From IMG/VR virus record IMGVR_UViG_3300037851_000192, positions 1 to 64,000 of that record: DNA of 64,000 nt; one strand, written 5' to 3'. Origin of the DNA: a virus. Position numbers and translations under genes: made by a program. A model generated the notes under the pieces. It saw only the letters and a list, made by a program, of their open reading frames with translations. It was not told the DNA's origin and did no database searches. Below are positions 51,234 to 60,894 of this stretch, piece after piece (position 1 is the first letter of the stretch; the number at the start of each line of letters is the position of its first letter).

Positions 51234-52736
51234 ATGGTGCCCGAGCAAAAGGCCGAGTGGTCGGCTGCCTACGTGAACGATCTCCCCGACTCCTCGTTCC
51301 TCTACGTCGAGCCCGGAGGCAAGAAGGACGAGACGGGCCGCACGGTCCCGCGCGCGCTCCGGCACTTTCCGGTCAAGGACGCGGACGGGAAAGTGGACGC
51401 ACCGCACGCACGCAACGCGATCGCGCGGATCCCTCAGTCGAACGCCCCGGGGCTCGACGCGGGCAAGAAGCAACGGCTACAAGACGAAGCACGCCGGATG
51501 CTCGAAGGCTCGCAGAAGGCGCTTGACGTCGTGAAGGCTGACACGATCGCACGCGCGAAGGCGGCCGCGGCGAAGCTCCGCGCCGGAACCAAGAAGGGCG
51601 ACGCGGCGGGCGCCGACCTCGAGGCCGGCGGGATGAAGGGGCCCGAGCAGCCGAGGCGGCCGCTATGGGAGCCGGAGAAGAAGGCGGAGGCACCGGCCGC
51701 GCCGACGCCGGTGCGGCGCGTCTTCGCCGGGATCCCGGTCGTGGTCGACCGGCCGAAGGGCTACGTGCAAGAGGGCAAGGCCGCGGACGGCGCCGCGTGG
51801 CGCCGCGTTTACCACGTCGATTATGGGCACATTCCCGACACGAAGGGTGGCGACGGCGAAGGCCTCGACGTCTTCGTGGGCGGCGACGAGACCGCGAAGG
51901 ATGCACATTGGATCTTGCAACGTAAACCGGACGGCTCGTTCGACGAGTACAAGGTCATGCTCGGCTTCGCGGACGTCGCAACGGCCAAAGCGATCTACTG
52001 CGCGCACATTCCGAAGCGGTTCCTCGGCTCGATCGCAACCATGCCGATCGAGTTTATGAAGGCGCTTCTCGGGATCGAGCCGACCGAGATCGCGAAGGCC
52101 GAGGACGCGATCCGCGGGATCGTCGAGTCGTGCAAGGCCGAGGACGCGATCGCGCTCCTCGAGAACTTCGGACCGCCGGACGAGTGGTCCGGCGCGGTCG
52201 CGTCGATCGCCGGACCCGAACGGCGGCGCGCTATGCAAGAGGCTTGGGCCGCGTGCACGCCGGGACAGCAAGCGATGATCCGCGAAGTGTGGGCGCGGAA
52301 CATGGGCGCGACTGACGGAACCGAAGACGAAGGCGGCCCGCGTGTCGAGCGCGCGATCAAGATCGCGAAGGCCGGACCGGAGGCGGGCGAGCTTCGCTAC
52401 GTGCTCGGCGTCGTTCTCGAACCCGAGACCGTGGACGGGCAGGGCGACGTCTACAGCGCGGACGAGATCCGGCGCACCGCTTGGGAGTACATGGCGAACT
52501 TTCGCAACGTCGGGCTCATGCACAAGGGGCTCGTCAACGGCAAGGTTCGGCTAGTCGAATCTTGGATCGCGCCATGCGACGTGACGGTAGACGGCACGGC
52601 GGTCAAGGCCGGATCGTGGCTCATGGGGCTTCACGTCGTAGACGACGCGATCTGGCAAGACGTGAAGGCCGGTAAGCTAACCGGCTTGTCGATTGGGGGC
52701 TTCGCTCGGCGTGAGCCGGTCGCGGCCTCGGCGTGA
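51234..52736 (+). CDS. multidomain prohead protease (XkdF-like C-terminal domain)
   Basis: C-terminus LRYVLGVVLEPETVDGQGDVYSADEI...VESWIAP...GSWLMGLHV...GLSIGG matches the XkdF/S78-type pattern; central pyrophosphatase-like DYGHIPDTKGGDGEGLDVFV. Confidence 0.6.
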   Translation: MVPEQKAEWSAAYVNDLPDSSFLYVEPGGKKDETGRTVPRALRHFPVKDADGKVDAPHARNAIARIPQSNAPGLDAGKKQRLQDEARRMLEGSQKALDVVKADTIARAKAAAAKLRAGTKKGDAAGADLEAGGMKGPEQPRRPLWEPEKKAEAPAAPTPVRRVFAGIPVVVDRPKGYVQEGKAADGAAWRRVYHVDYGHIPDTKGGDGEGLDVFVGGDETAKDAHWILQRKPDGSFDEYKVMLGFADVATAKAIYCAHIPKRFLGSIATMPIEFMKALLGIEPTEIAKAEDAIRGIVESCKAEDAIALLENFGPPDEWSGAVASIAGPERRRAMQEAWAACTPGQQAMIREVWARNMGATDGTEDEGGPRVERAIKIAKAGPEAGELRYVLGVVLEPETVDGQGDVYSADEIRRTAWEYMANFRNVGLMHKGLVNGKVRLVESWIAPCDVTVDGTAVKAGSWLMGLHVVDDAIWQDVKAGKLTGLSIGGFARREPVAASA

Positions 52737-52777
52737 GCTATTGACCCCGGCGCCGACTCTGGTAGGTTTCGGGCTAC

Positions 52778-53806
52778 ATGAACGCCTCGTTCCGTGGTTT
52801 CTCGTTTCTGAACTCGCTCGCGCGTGCGCAGCACGCTAAGGCGCGTCTCTCCGAGATGATCACGCAAGAGGTTTCGATGGTAGACGCGGCGGCAAATCTC
52901 CGTCGCTTCGTTGTCGTCAAGAGGAACAACACGATGGCCGACGAACAAGTGGCGAAGGTCGCGCTCCGTCTCCCGCCCGAGGCGAAGCGGGGGATCATGG
53001 ATGGCCTTGCGACCGCGCTCGACAAGCTCACCGCGCTTGCGACCGTGGTTGGTGACGCGGAGGAAGACGAGCAGGTTTTCGTTCCGTCCGATCTCGGCGA
53101 CGCGCTTCGGCAGTGCGCCGAGCTTGTCGGGGGCCTCGCGGCGCAATACGTGCCCGCGCAGCCCGAGCAGCCCACGGAGGAAGCGCCGGCCGAGCCCGAG
53201 GCCGCTCCCTCCGAGCCCGGCGTTCCCGACGCGATCGCGGCTCCGGCCGAGCCGGCGATGATGGGCAAGGCGCTCCCGCCGGCCGAGACGACGCCGCTCA
53301 CGCTCGCGCCGCAGAACGAGCCGCTCACGATGGCGCCGCAAACGAAGGCGATGATCGCGGACGCCTTCAAGGCAATCGCGGGCGAGATTGCCGAGACCGC
53401 GAAGGCGGGCCGCAAGATCGCCGGGCAGCGCTACAAGAAGCTGGCAGAGCTTCACGACACGCTCGGCAAGCTCTTGAACGAGCTGGCCTACGACGACGCC
53501 GCGGGCGCGGCGGGCTTGGGCTCGGAGGCCGAGGGTGCTCCGGCCGCGAAGGCTTGCGCATCCGACGGCAAGAAGACCAAGAAGGACGAGCCGGTCGCGA
53601 AGGCTGCCGACCCGAAGCTCGCGGAAGTTCTGGCGCTCACGAAAGCGAACGCCGAGAAGATCGAAGCGATCGAAAAGGCAAACCGGACGCCCGAAACACC
53701 GCGCGCTCGGTCGGCCGAAGGGGGCGGCGCTCCTTCGACCGTGTGGCCCATGGACATGAGCGCCGCTCTCGCCAAACGAAAGAGGGCCGAGAAGGCGGCG
53801 CGCTAG
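52778..53806 (+). CDS. scaffolding-like protein (Ala/Glu/Pro-rich)
   Basis: ORF 52778..53806 between protease and capsid; alternative start ATG 52934 (AGAGGA upstream). Confidence 0.5.
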   Translation: MNASFRGFSFLNSLARAQHAKARLSEMITQEVSMVDAAANLRRFVVVKRNNTMADEQVAKVALRLPPEAKRGIMDGLATALDKLTALATVVGDAEEDEQVFVPSDLGDALRQCAELVGGLAAQYVPAQPEQPTEEAPAEPEAAPSEPGVPDAIAAPAEPAMMGKALPPAETTPLTLAPQNEPLTMAPQTKAMIADAFKAIAGEIAETAKAGRKIAGQRYKKLAELHDTLGKLLNELAYDDAAGAAGLGSEAEGAPAAKACASDGKKTKKDEPVAKAADPKLAEVLALTKANAEKIEAIEKANRTPETPRARSAEGGGAPSTVWPMDMSAALAKRKRAEKAAR

Positions 53807-53834
53807 TGCGCGCGTGTGACGGAGGATCCCAACG

Positions 53835-54770
53835 ATGGCACCGAACCAGACCTACATCGAAAAGGCGGACATGGCGATCGCCGATCTCACGAGCGGCGGC
53901 CTCCTTGCTCCCGAGCAAGTCAAGACCTTCTACGAGCTAGTGATCGACGAGTCGGTCCTGCTCCCGATGGTTACAACCGTCCCCATGAGTTCCCCGACGT
54001 GGGAGCTTTCCAAGATGGGGTTCACCGGCCGCGTGCTTCGGCGTGCGACCGAAAACCAAGGGCTGCCCGAAGGCGATCGCAGCAAGCCCGAACTCGGCAA
54101 GGTCACGCTCACGACCGAGGAGTTGATCGCGGAGTGCCGGATCCCCTACGCGGTGGTCGAGGACAACATCGCGAACGGCTCGTTCCCGCAAGTCGCGCTC
54201 GGCTTCTTGTCGAAGGCGGTCGCGCGCGACCTCGAGGACCTCGTGATCAACGGCGACACGATGAGCGTGGATCCGTTCTTCAACATTCTCGACGGGCTCT
54301 TGAAGCAGATCACGAGCTACACCGTCAACGCGGGCGCCGTTCGCCTGAACAAGACGCCGCTCAAGGTCATGCTTCAGACCATGCCGCAGAAGTACCGCCG
54401 GCAGGGCGGGCTCGCGTTCCTGACCTCGGGCAACGCCGCGATCGACTATGCCGATTCGCTCTCGAACCGGCAGACCCCGCTCGGCGACGAGGCACTCGTG
54501 CGGAAGGCCGTGGGCGAGTACATGACCTATCCCGTCGTGCCGGTTCCGCTCATGCCGGAGAATCTCGGCAGCGGGAACAAGACGGACGCGATCCTCATGG
54601 ATCCGAAGAACTTCCACGTCGGGATGCACCGCGACATTCGGATCGAGACCGACCGCGACATTTCGGCGCGGCAGTTCGTGATCGTCGCGACGCTCCGCGT
54701 GGGTTGCAAGCTCGCGCACGAGCCGGCAACCGTGAAGGCAACCGAGATCCTCGCGGCCGCGGGCGCGTAG
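53835..54770 (+). CDS. major capsid protein (HK97-fold type)
   Basis: GGAGGA SD; 311 aa after the scaffold; sequence pattern typical of HK97-family capsids (recollection). Confidence 0.7.
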   Translation: MAPNQTYIEKADMAIADLTSGGLLAPEQVKTFYELVIDESVLLPMVTTVPMSSPTWELSKMGFTGRVLRRATENQGLPEGDRSKPELGKVTLTTEELIAECRIPYAVVEDNIANGSFPQVALGFLSKAVARDLEDLVINGDTMSVDPFFNILDGLLKQITSYTVNAGAVRLNKTPLKVMLQTMPQKYRRQGGLAFLTSGNAAIDYADSLSNRQTPLGDEALVRKAVGEYMTYPVVPVPLMPENLGSGNKTDAILMDPKNFHVGMHRDIRIETDRDISARQFVIVATLRVGCKLAHEPATVKATEILAAAGA

Positions 54771-54850
54771 CTCTCGGCTCTTGACTCGACAAGCGGCCGG
54801 GCTCCTCGAGGGCTCGGCCGCGTTCCGACCCTTGAAGGGAGATCCGCACC

Positions 54851-55177
54851 ATGGCACTCGGCACCTTGACCGTTTCGGCTTCGTCCGGCGGTGCGCCCTC
54901 GGCGCCCGTCTTTCGTGATCACGTTTCGATGCCCGGCGATTCGTCCTACCCGACGAACGGCAGCGCGTTCCTTGCCGCATTCCAAGCGGCGGTCGGCGTG
55001 AAGTCGGCGCGCGTGATCGACGCCGTGCACGACGTCGGCGGCGTCGCTGGCCACTACCCGGTCTATGACAAGGCGAACGGGAAGCTCAAAATCTTCGTTC
55101 GCACGACCGGCGTCGAGGTCGCGAACACGACCGACCTTTCCGCGACCACGTTCAAGCTGCTCGTCGAGTCGCACTAG
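54851..55177 (+). CDS. hypothetical head-associated protein
   Basis: ORF 54851..55177, GGGAG SD. Confidence 0.5.
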   Translation: MALGTLTVSASSGGAPSAPVFRDHVSMPGDSSYPTNGSAFLAAFQAAVGVKSARVIDAVHDVGGVAGHYPVYDKANGKLKIFVRTTGVEVANTTDLSATTFKLLVESH

Positions 55178-55207
55178 CGACGACGCGCGGAGGAAGACGG
55201 GAAGACC

Positions 55208-55504
55208 ATGGCAGCGATCAAGACCGATTTCGGAACCGGCGGTTCCAACCTCACGCCCGGCGGAAGCTCGGGCTCGCCCTCGCTTGCCGAGGCGCTCCGC
55301 GACGTCGCGGACGATCTCGCCGCGTTGAAGCCCGCGGCGCCGACGGCCGTGACGGTGGGCGCGGATATTGCGGCATTCACGGATCCCCCGAGCGCGGCAG
55401 AAATGGCGTTGCTCCGGACCTTCGTCAACGCCTTGAAGGCCGACGCGGCCGCGGTCCGTGCCGTTCTCCCGACCGGCGCGACCTTGAAGACGACGAAGGT
55501 CTAG
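55208..55504 (+). CDS. hypothetical protein
   Basis: ORF 55208..55504. Confidence 0.5.
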   Translation: MAAIKTDFGTGGSNLTPGGSSGSPSLAEALRDVADDLAALKPAAPTAVTVGADIAAFTDPPSAAEMALLRTFVNALKADAAAVRAVLPTGATLKTTKV

Positions 55505-55569
55505 CGCGAAGCGCTAGCACTTCCGGCGTTGGTCGTGTAACCTCGGGCCATCCCCGAGGGAGAAAAGAA

Positions 55570-55902
55570 ATGCCAGCAACGAAGCTCGTCCGAATCAAGC
55601 CCGAAGCCAAGCGCGTTCGCCACGTTTTCGAGGGGTTGATCTTCGACAAGGATCGTGGGTGGTACGAGATCCCGGCCGACGTGGCCGACCGCTTGGCGCA
55701 CGAGAAGGCGCACGAGCTTCCGACCTCCGAGGCGCCGCTACTGTTCGACGTGCAAGACAAGGAGGCGGCGGTGCGCGTTCACGAGGTCGAGACGCGGAAG
55801 GAAGATCCGGCAGGCACGCCGGAGAAGCCAAGCAAGGCGGTCGTGATCCCTCCGCCTCCGCCCGATGAATCGCCGTCGCCGCGACGCGGCCGCCGCGGTT
55901 GA
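55570..55902 (+). CDS. hypothetical protein
   Basis: ORF 55570..55902; SD partly buried in hairpin 55541-55559. Confidence 0.5.
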   Translation: MPATKLVRIKPEAKRVRHVFEGLIFDKDRGWYEIPADVADRLAHEKAHELPTSEAPLLFDVQDKEAAVRVHEVETRKEDPAGTPEKPSKAVVIPPPPPDESPSPRRGRRG

Positions 55903-55920
55903 CCTCGAGCCGAGCGAAAG

Positions 55921-55965
55921 CGAAAGCCGTCGAGCGCGAGAGCGTTCGGCGGCTTTCGTGTTTCT
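55921..55965 (+). terminator. intrinsic terminator-like hairpin
   Basis: About 17-bp stem 55921-55937/55942-55958 with a GAGA tetraloop, followed by TGTTTCT. Confidence 0.55.
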
Positions 55966-56039
55966 GCTAGGGGCTTTCGTTTTCCGGGCTCCGTGGTAGG
56001 TTGAATCGAGCCCATCCCCGGAGCGAGCGAGGCGCCTCC

Positions 56040-57953
56040 ATGACCACGAGCTACCAACGTCTGAACCGCATTCGCAAGGCCGACCTTTTCACGGACACGC
56101 TCACGGCAGCACAGATCGCCGGGATCGAATCGTCCGCGGTAGATCACGAGGACTTCCTCGGCGGTATCTTGTCGCAGTTCAAGCGCACGATCGGCGCTAC
56201 CGATTGGTGGTCAAGCGTACAAGACGCGGCCGGCGAGCCGCGCAACTTGAAGACGCTCACGGACGATCTCTACTACAAGAAGATCGACCGCTACCGCGTC
56301 GTGCTCGCGGACGTGGCGGTGCCGGCAGCGGTGCGCGCAACGGGCACGCTCACGGGTTCGGCGAACTTCGCCGATGGCGAGACCGTGACGATCGGATCGA
56401 CGGTCTACACGTTCAAGAGCCCGTTCGTGGACGCGGCGTTCAACGTCGCGGTTGGCGTGGATCTGCAAACCTCGCTCGCGAACTTGAAGGCCGCGATCAA
56501 CCTCGAGGCCGGCGGCGGAACGCTCTACGGTACGGCGACCACACTACACCCGACCGTCTCGGCTACCGCTTCCGACGCGACGACGCTCTCGGCTCGCGCG
56601 AAGTCCTACGGCACGGCGGGCAACGCGATCGCGACGACCGACGTAGCGGCGAACGCCTCGTGGGGCGCGGCAACGCTCACCGGCGGCGCCGGCGACGCCG
56701 TGGTCTTGTCGGTCGCCTCGAACCAGGCGCCGAACGAAGCCGCGGCCGTGGACACCGGATCGGCGAATGGCGCGATCGTGAAGGTGCTCGCGGGCGACGT
56801 AGGAGCCGCTTCGCTTGACGAGATCGCCGGGCTCTCGGCAGTGCAGCCGAAGAACTTGTGCGAGGTCCGCGACGCGACGACGTTCGACCCGATCCTGTCC
56901 GATTCGCGCAAGGTCTACGCGCTGCTCCAAGCCGAAAGCGGCGTCGTGGACGGCGACACTTTCAGCGACACGACGAAGCAAGCACAACTCTCGTTCGTGC
57001 GTCTCACGTCGGGCGGCGACGATCTCGAACTCTGCCCGGCCACGGACATTGGCGGCAAGTCGATCAACTACCAGTACGCAAGCCGCACCGAACTCCGGAG
57101 CATGAACGAGCAGGACTTCTTGTTCCCGGCGTTCGCTGATCCGCAAGCGGCAAGCGTCACGACGCTTCAAGAAGCCTACGTCGGCGGCAACACGATCGAC
57201 GTGCTCACGGCCGAGGGCAACCTCGTCTTCAACTTGTCGCAAGACCTCACGCGGTTCGAGGTACAACGCAACAGCGCAGCCTTCGCGACGTTCCTCCGCG
57301 ACGACACGCTCGGCGACAAGCTCACGCTCGATCTCGACATTCTCGACGTGAATAACGTGACCGACGCCGACTTCTTGAACGGCGCGAAGTTCGACACGGG
57401 CGCGACCACGATCAACGTCGGCGTCACGGCGGGCCGCGTGGACGCGACCGCGCTCACGGTCGCGAGCACCGCGGGCGATCTGAACGTGAACGCCTCGGCC
57501 GCGGTCAAGTTCACGACCGTTCGCGAGAGCGCGCTTCCGCTCGACGATGCAACGGCGGGCGCGATCTCCGCGCTGCCCGGCGGGCCCTACGCTTCGATCT
57601 CGGCGGCAATCAAGGCCGCGCTCACGTCGAGCGACGTGGACGTGTTCGTGCAAGAAATCCAAACCAACTACGCGCAAGACGCCAACGTGCCGGGCTCCGG
57701 CAACGGCAACGCGCAAGACTGGTCGCCCGCGCTCGATCTTTCGGCACGCTCGATCTCCATGCTAGCGGCCGACGTCTCGAACCTCGACACGATCCTATTC
57801 CTGAACGGCTCGCTCTTGTGGGGCGGCTCGGCCGTGACGAATAACGAGGTCTACAAGGGCACGACGCCGGCAAACGGGGATCTCAAATACGACTTCGCGA
57901 AGGGCGTGAAGGCCGGCGACGTCGTGATCGCGATCTCGTTCAAGGCGGGCTAG
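56040..57953 (+). CDS. large virion-associated protein of unknown function
   Basis: ATG 56040 in ORF 56001..57953; Ala/Thr/Gly-rich, fibre-like composition. Confidence 0.55.
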   Translation: MTTSYQRLNRIRKADLFTDTLTAAQIAGIESSAVDHEDFLGGILSQFKRTIGATDWWSSVQDAAGEPRNLKTLTDDLYYKKIDRYRVVLADVAVPAAVRATGTLTGSANFADGETVTIGSTVYTFKSPFVDAAFNVAVGVDLQTSLANLKAAINLEAGGGTLYGTATTLHPTVSATASDATTLSARAKSYGTAGNAIATTDVAANASWGAATLTGGAGDAVVLSVASNQAPNEAAAVDTGSANGAIVKVLAGDVGAASLDEIAGLSAVQPKNLCEVRDATTFDPILSDSRKVYALLQAESGVVDGDTFSDTTKQAQLSFVRLTSGGDDLELCPATDIGGKSINYQYASRTELRSMNEQDFLFPAFADPQAASVTTLQEAYVGGNTIDVLTAEGNLVFNLSQDLTRFEVQRNSAAFATFLRDDTLGDKLTLDLDILDVNNVTDADFLNGAKFDTGATTINVGVTAGRVDATALTVASTAGDLNVNASAAVKFTTVRESALPLDDATAGAISALPGGPYASISAAIKAALTSSDVDVFVQEIQTNYAQDANVPGSGNGNAQDWSPALDLSARSISMLAADVSNLDTILFLNGSLLWGGSAVTNNEVYKGTTPANGDLKYDFAKGVKAGDVVIAISFKAG

Positions 57954-57988
57954 TCGGGGCCTCGGTCTAGCGGTAGACTCTCGGGGCT

Positions 57989-58534
57989 ATGAACATCCCC
58001 GAGAGCAACCCCGAAGATCCCAAGACGAAGATCCGCCTTAGCACGATCCAAGGCGTAGGCCTTTCGATCGAGCACAAGATCGAGATCGCGAAGACCGAGC
58101 TACACCGCGCGCAAGGCGTGGTCGCCGGGCTCACGGCGGCAGCCATGAGCGAGATCCCGGCGACCATGACCGAGCTGGCGAAGCTCGTCCGCGGCGAGGA
58201 GTGCAAGCCCGAAGACCAGATCCCCGAGGACGCCGGGAAGCTCGCGCTCACTTGGCTTCAAAAGGCGCGCGAGCGTGTCGAGACCGCGGCACGGTTGAAC
58301 GGCCGGAACGTGGCCAAGCAAGAAGGCGTGATCGAGGGACTCACGAAAAGCGTGGACGAGTGTGAGACCTTGTTCCGCCAAGAGGTCGCGAAGGCGCAGC
58401 GACGCGAGAACGAAGCGGACCGCGGCCGGCGCGACGACGGCGGCCGCCCGATCTCGCTCCGCGAGCAGCGAAGCGAGGCGCCGGCCGTCGCTCCCGAGAA
58501 GCCGAAGCGCACGGCGAGGAAGCGGGCGAACTAG
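57989..58534 (+). CDS. hypothetical coiled-coil protein
   Basis: ORF 57989..58534. Confidence 0.5.
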   Translation: MNIPESNPEDPKTKIRLSTIQGVGLSIEHKIEIAKTELHRAQGVVAGLTAAAMSEIPATMTELAKLVRGEECKPEDQIPEDAGKLALTWLQKARERVETAARLNGRNVAKQEGVIEGLTKSVDECETLFRQEVAKAQRRENEADRGRRDDGGRPISLREQRSEAPAVAPEKPKRTARKRAN

Positions 58535-58990
58535 ATGGGCACGCAACCGGACCGCCGGCCGGGACCGTCAGTCGAGGAAGAACTCGTCCTCGAGGCCGAC
58601 CCCGCGGACCCCACGACGCCGGGGGCGGTCCGGTTCAACGGCACGTCCTTCCGGATGCGTGACGCGGTGGGCGTTCTCGATCCGCGCTCCGGCGGCGGGG
58701 GGATCACGGAGGGGCAGCACGAGATCCTAGACTCGCTCGTGCACGACTTGGCCGAATCTTGCTACACGGAGATCGAGCGCTCGGGCGGCAAGGTCGCGGC
58801 CGTGCGGACGTGGACCACGGCGGCAAAGATCATGAAGGTCCGCGAGGTCGAGATCACGCGCACGGACGGCAAGGTCTCGAGCGCGGTCGAGAAGCAATAC
58901 GACGCGGCCGGCGTGCTTGTGCAAACGCTCACGCACACGATCGCGCGGACGGGTGGCAAGGTCTCGAGCGTGTCCACGGCGGAGGCGTAG
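58535..58990 (+). CDS. hypothetical protein
   Basis: ORF 58535..58990. Confidence 0.5.
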   Translation: MGTQPDRRPGPSVEEELVLEADPADPTTPGAVRFNGTSFRMRDAVGVLDPRSGGGGITEGQHEILDSLVHDLAESCYTEIERSGGKVAAVRTWTTAAKIMKVREVEITRTDGKVSSAVEKQYDAAGVLVQTLTHTIARTGGKVSSVSTAEA

Positions 58991-58993
58991 GCG

Positions 58994-59947
58994 ATGGGCT
59001 TCTTCGCGGTTGTCGAGGTCGAAGGCGCCGTCCAGATCGTGGACGCTAGCGGGAACGAGCGCGGAACGGCGTCGCTTCCCTTCCGTGTCGATCCGACGGG
59101 CACGACGGCGCAACCCGTCGAGGGCCGCGCAGCAAGCGGCGTGGCACCCGTTGGATCTCCCGTGCTCGTCGCGGGTTCGGACGGCGCGCTCGTGCGGACG
59201 ATCTTGACCGACGGATCCGGGCGGGTTGTCACCGCTCCGCCGGGCTCGGTTTCGGCGCACCGCGGCTTCGCCGATGGCAAGGTGGTGCTATCGGCGACAA
59301 CCCCGACGCTCATTTGCGCAACGGCGCACACGGAGCAAACCACGAACGCACAACGCTCGATCGTGTCCTCGAGCGCGAATGATTCGGCAGCGGGCACCGG
59401 CGCGCGCACGGTTCGCGTAACCTATCTCACGGCGACCGGGCTCGGGCCCTACACGGAGGACGTGACCCTGAACGGCACGACGCCGGTAAACATGGTCGCG
59501 ACCAACGTGTGCTACGTCGAGCGGATCGAGGTCCTAACGGTTGGAAGCGGTGGCACGAACGCCGGCGTGGTCTCCTTGAAGGCCGCAACGGGCGGCGGAG
59601 GGGCGACGGTTTGGTCGATCGCGGCGGGCGACGGCCGGACCTACGGCGCGCACCACTACATTCCGGCTGGGCATGTTTGCCGCGTGACCGGCTTGCATGT
59701 TGGGATCAAGGGCGCCGATACGTCTAGCTTCACATTGAAGGCCGTTCCGCTTCCGGTCGGGAACAACTACGAGGAGCAGATCGGCGACTTGATCCGCGTC
59801 GCGTCGAGCGCTGGCTTCCTCCGAACCTACGGCACGCCGATCGAGGTTACGGGCCCGGCGCGCGTGTCGGTTTGGGCGCTGCCCGACTCGACAAGCTCAC
59901 GGACCTACTACGGCTCGTTTGACTACTACGACGAGGACGCGGCATGA
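58994..59947 (+). CDS. hypothetical protein
   Basis: ORF 58994..59947. Confidence 0.5.
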   Translation: MGFFAVVEVEGAVQIVDASGNERGTASLPFRVDPTGTTAQPVEGRAASGVAPVGSPVLVAGSDGALVRTILTDGSGRVVTAPPGSVSAHRGFADGKVVLSATTPTLICATAHTEQTTNAQRSIVSSSANDSAAGTGARTVRVTYLTATGLGPYTEDVTLNGTTPVNMVATNVCYVERIEVLTVGSGGTNAGVVSLKAATGGGGATVWSIAAGDGRTYGAHHYIPAGHVCRVTGLHVGIKGADTSSFTLKAVPLPVGNNYEEQIGDLIRVASSAGFLRTYGTPIEVTGPARVSVWALPDSTSSRTYYGSFDYYDEDAA

Positions 59948-60894
59948 CCGAGATCGCGAGAACGTGGGCGGGCTTGAAGACGGAGATCGCGGCGCGCGAG
60001 ATCCCGATCCAATTCGTCGAGAGCGCCGAGGCCTACCGCGTGTTCGCGATCGATGGCTCGATCGAGTTCGTCGCGACGATCTACAAGGGCGAGGTTCCCT
60101 ACGTCGTGGCGCGGACCTACTCGCAAGAGCAGAACGACGCCGACCTCGCGGAGTTCGAGAGCGCCTACAAGGCCGGCGCGAACCGAGCGATCGCGCCACA
60201 ACCCGCACTCGAGGACGATCGCCGTCTCGTCGTCGTGAACTTCCCGGCCGATACCGGATCCTTCATGTGGCTTTGCGGGCGGGGCGACGATCTCGAGAAC
60301 GGCGTCCGCGGCATGGGGCAACCCGTCTTGGTCTCGTTCGCGGACGTGCAACGAACCGAGCCCGAAACGAAGACGATCGATCTCGGCTTCCTCGAGCAAG
60401 TGCAGCTCCACGACGGGCAGCTATTCGTGCGCGATCCGACAACATGGGAGCCGGGCGACGAGTGGAGCTTCTCGATCCACTTCCCGGCGACCGAGTTCAC
60501 GGAGAACGCGAACGGCACCGGCAACGCGAACGTGATCGAGGGCGTGATCATTCCGGCCGCCGGCGATGGAGCGATCGACGTGGACCTCGATCAAGCCGTG
60601 CCCGTGCCGGCCGGGGGCTCCGGGTTCTGGGCCTACGACGTCTTCGGCGACGTGCTCGCGCCGTCGCCGAATCCCGGCGCCGCGTCGTGGCACTTGCTCG
60701 CCGTAGAAATGGACGCCTACTTCATGCGATCGGTCCCGATCCCGTGGCAAAAGACGGGCATGTTCGACTTCGACGCCTACAAGGCTGAGCGGATCACGAA
60801 GCGCTGGCGCCTTCGGCTGGCGGTCTCGAAGGTGTCAAGCGGTCCGGGCGTTATCGCCGGTTGGCTCGTCGTCTTCCGCGAGGTTGTAACATGA
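59944..60894 (+). CDS. hypothetical protein
   Basis: ORF 59944..60894, ATGA overlaps at both ends. Confidence 0.5.
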   Translation: MTEIARTWAGLKTEIAAREIPIQFVESAEAYRVFAIDGSIEFVATIYKGEVPYVVARTYSQEQNDADLAEFESAYKAGANRAIAPQPALEDDRRLVVVNFPADTGSFMWLCGRGDDLENGVRGMGQPVLVSFADVQRTEPETKTIDLGFLEQVQLHDGQLFVRDPTTWEPGDEWSFSIHFPATEFTENANGTGNANVIEGVIIPAAGDGAIDVDLDQAVPVPAGGSGFWAYDVFGDVLAPSPNPGAASWHLLAVEMDAYFMRSVPIPWQKTGMFDFDAYKAERITKRWRLRLAVSKVSSGPGVIAGWLVVFREVVT

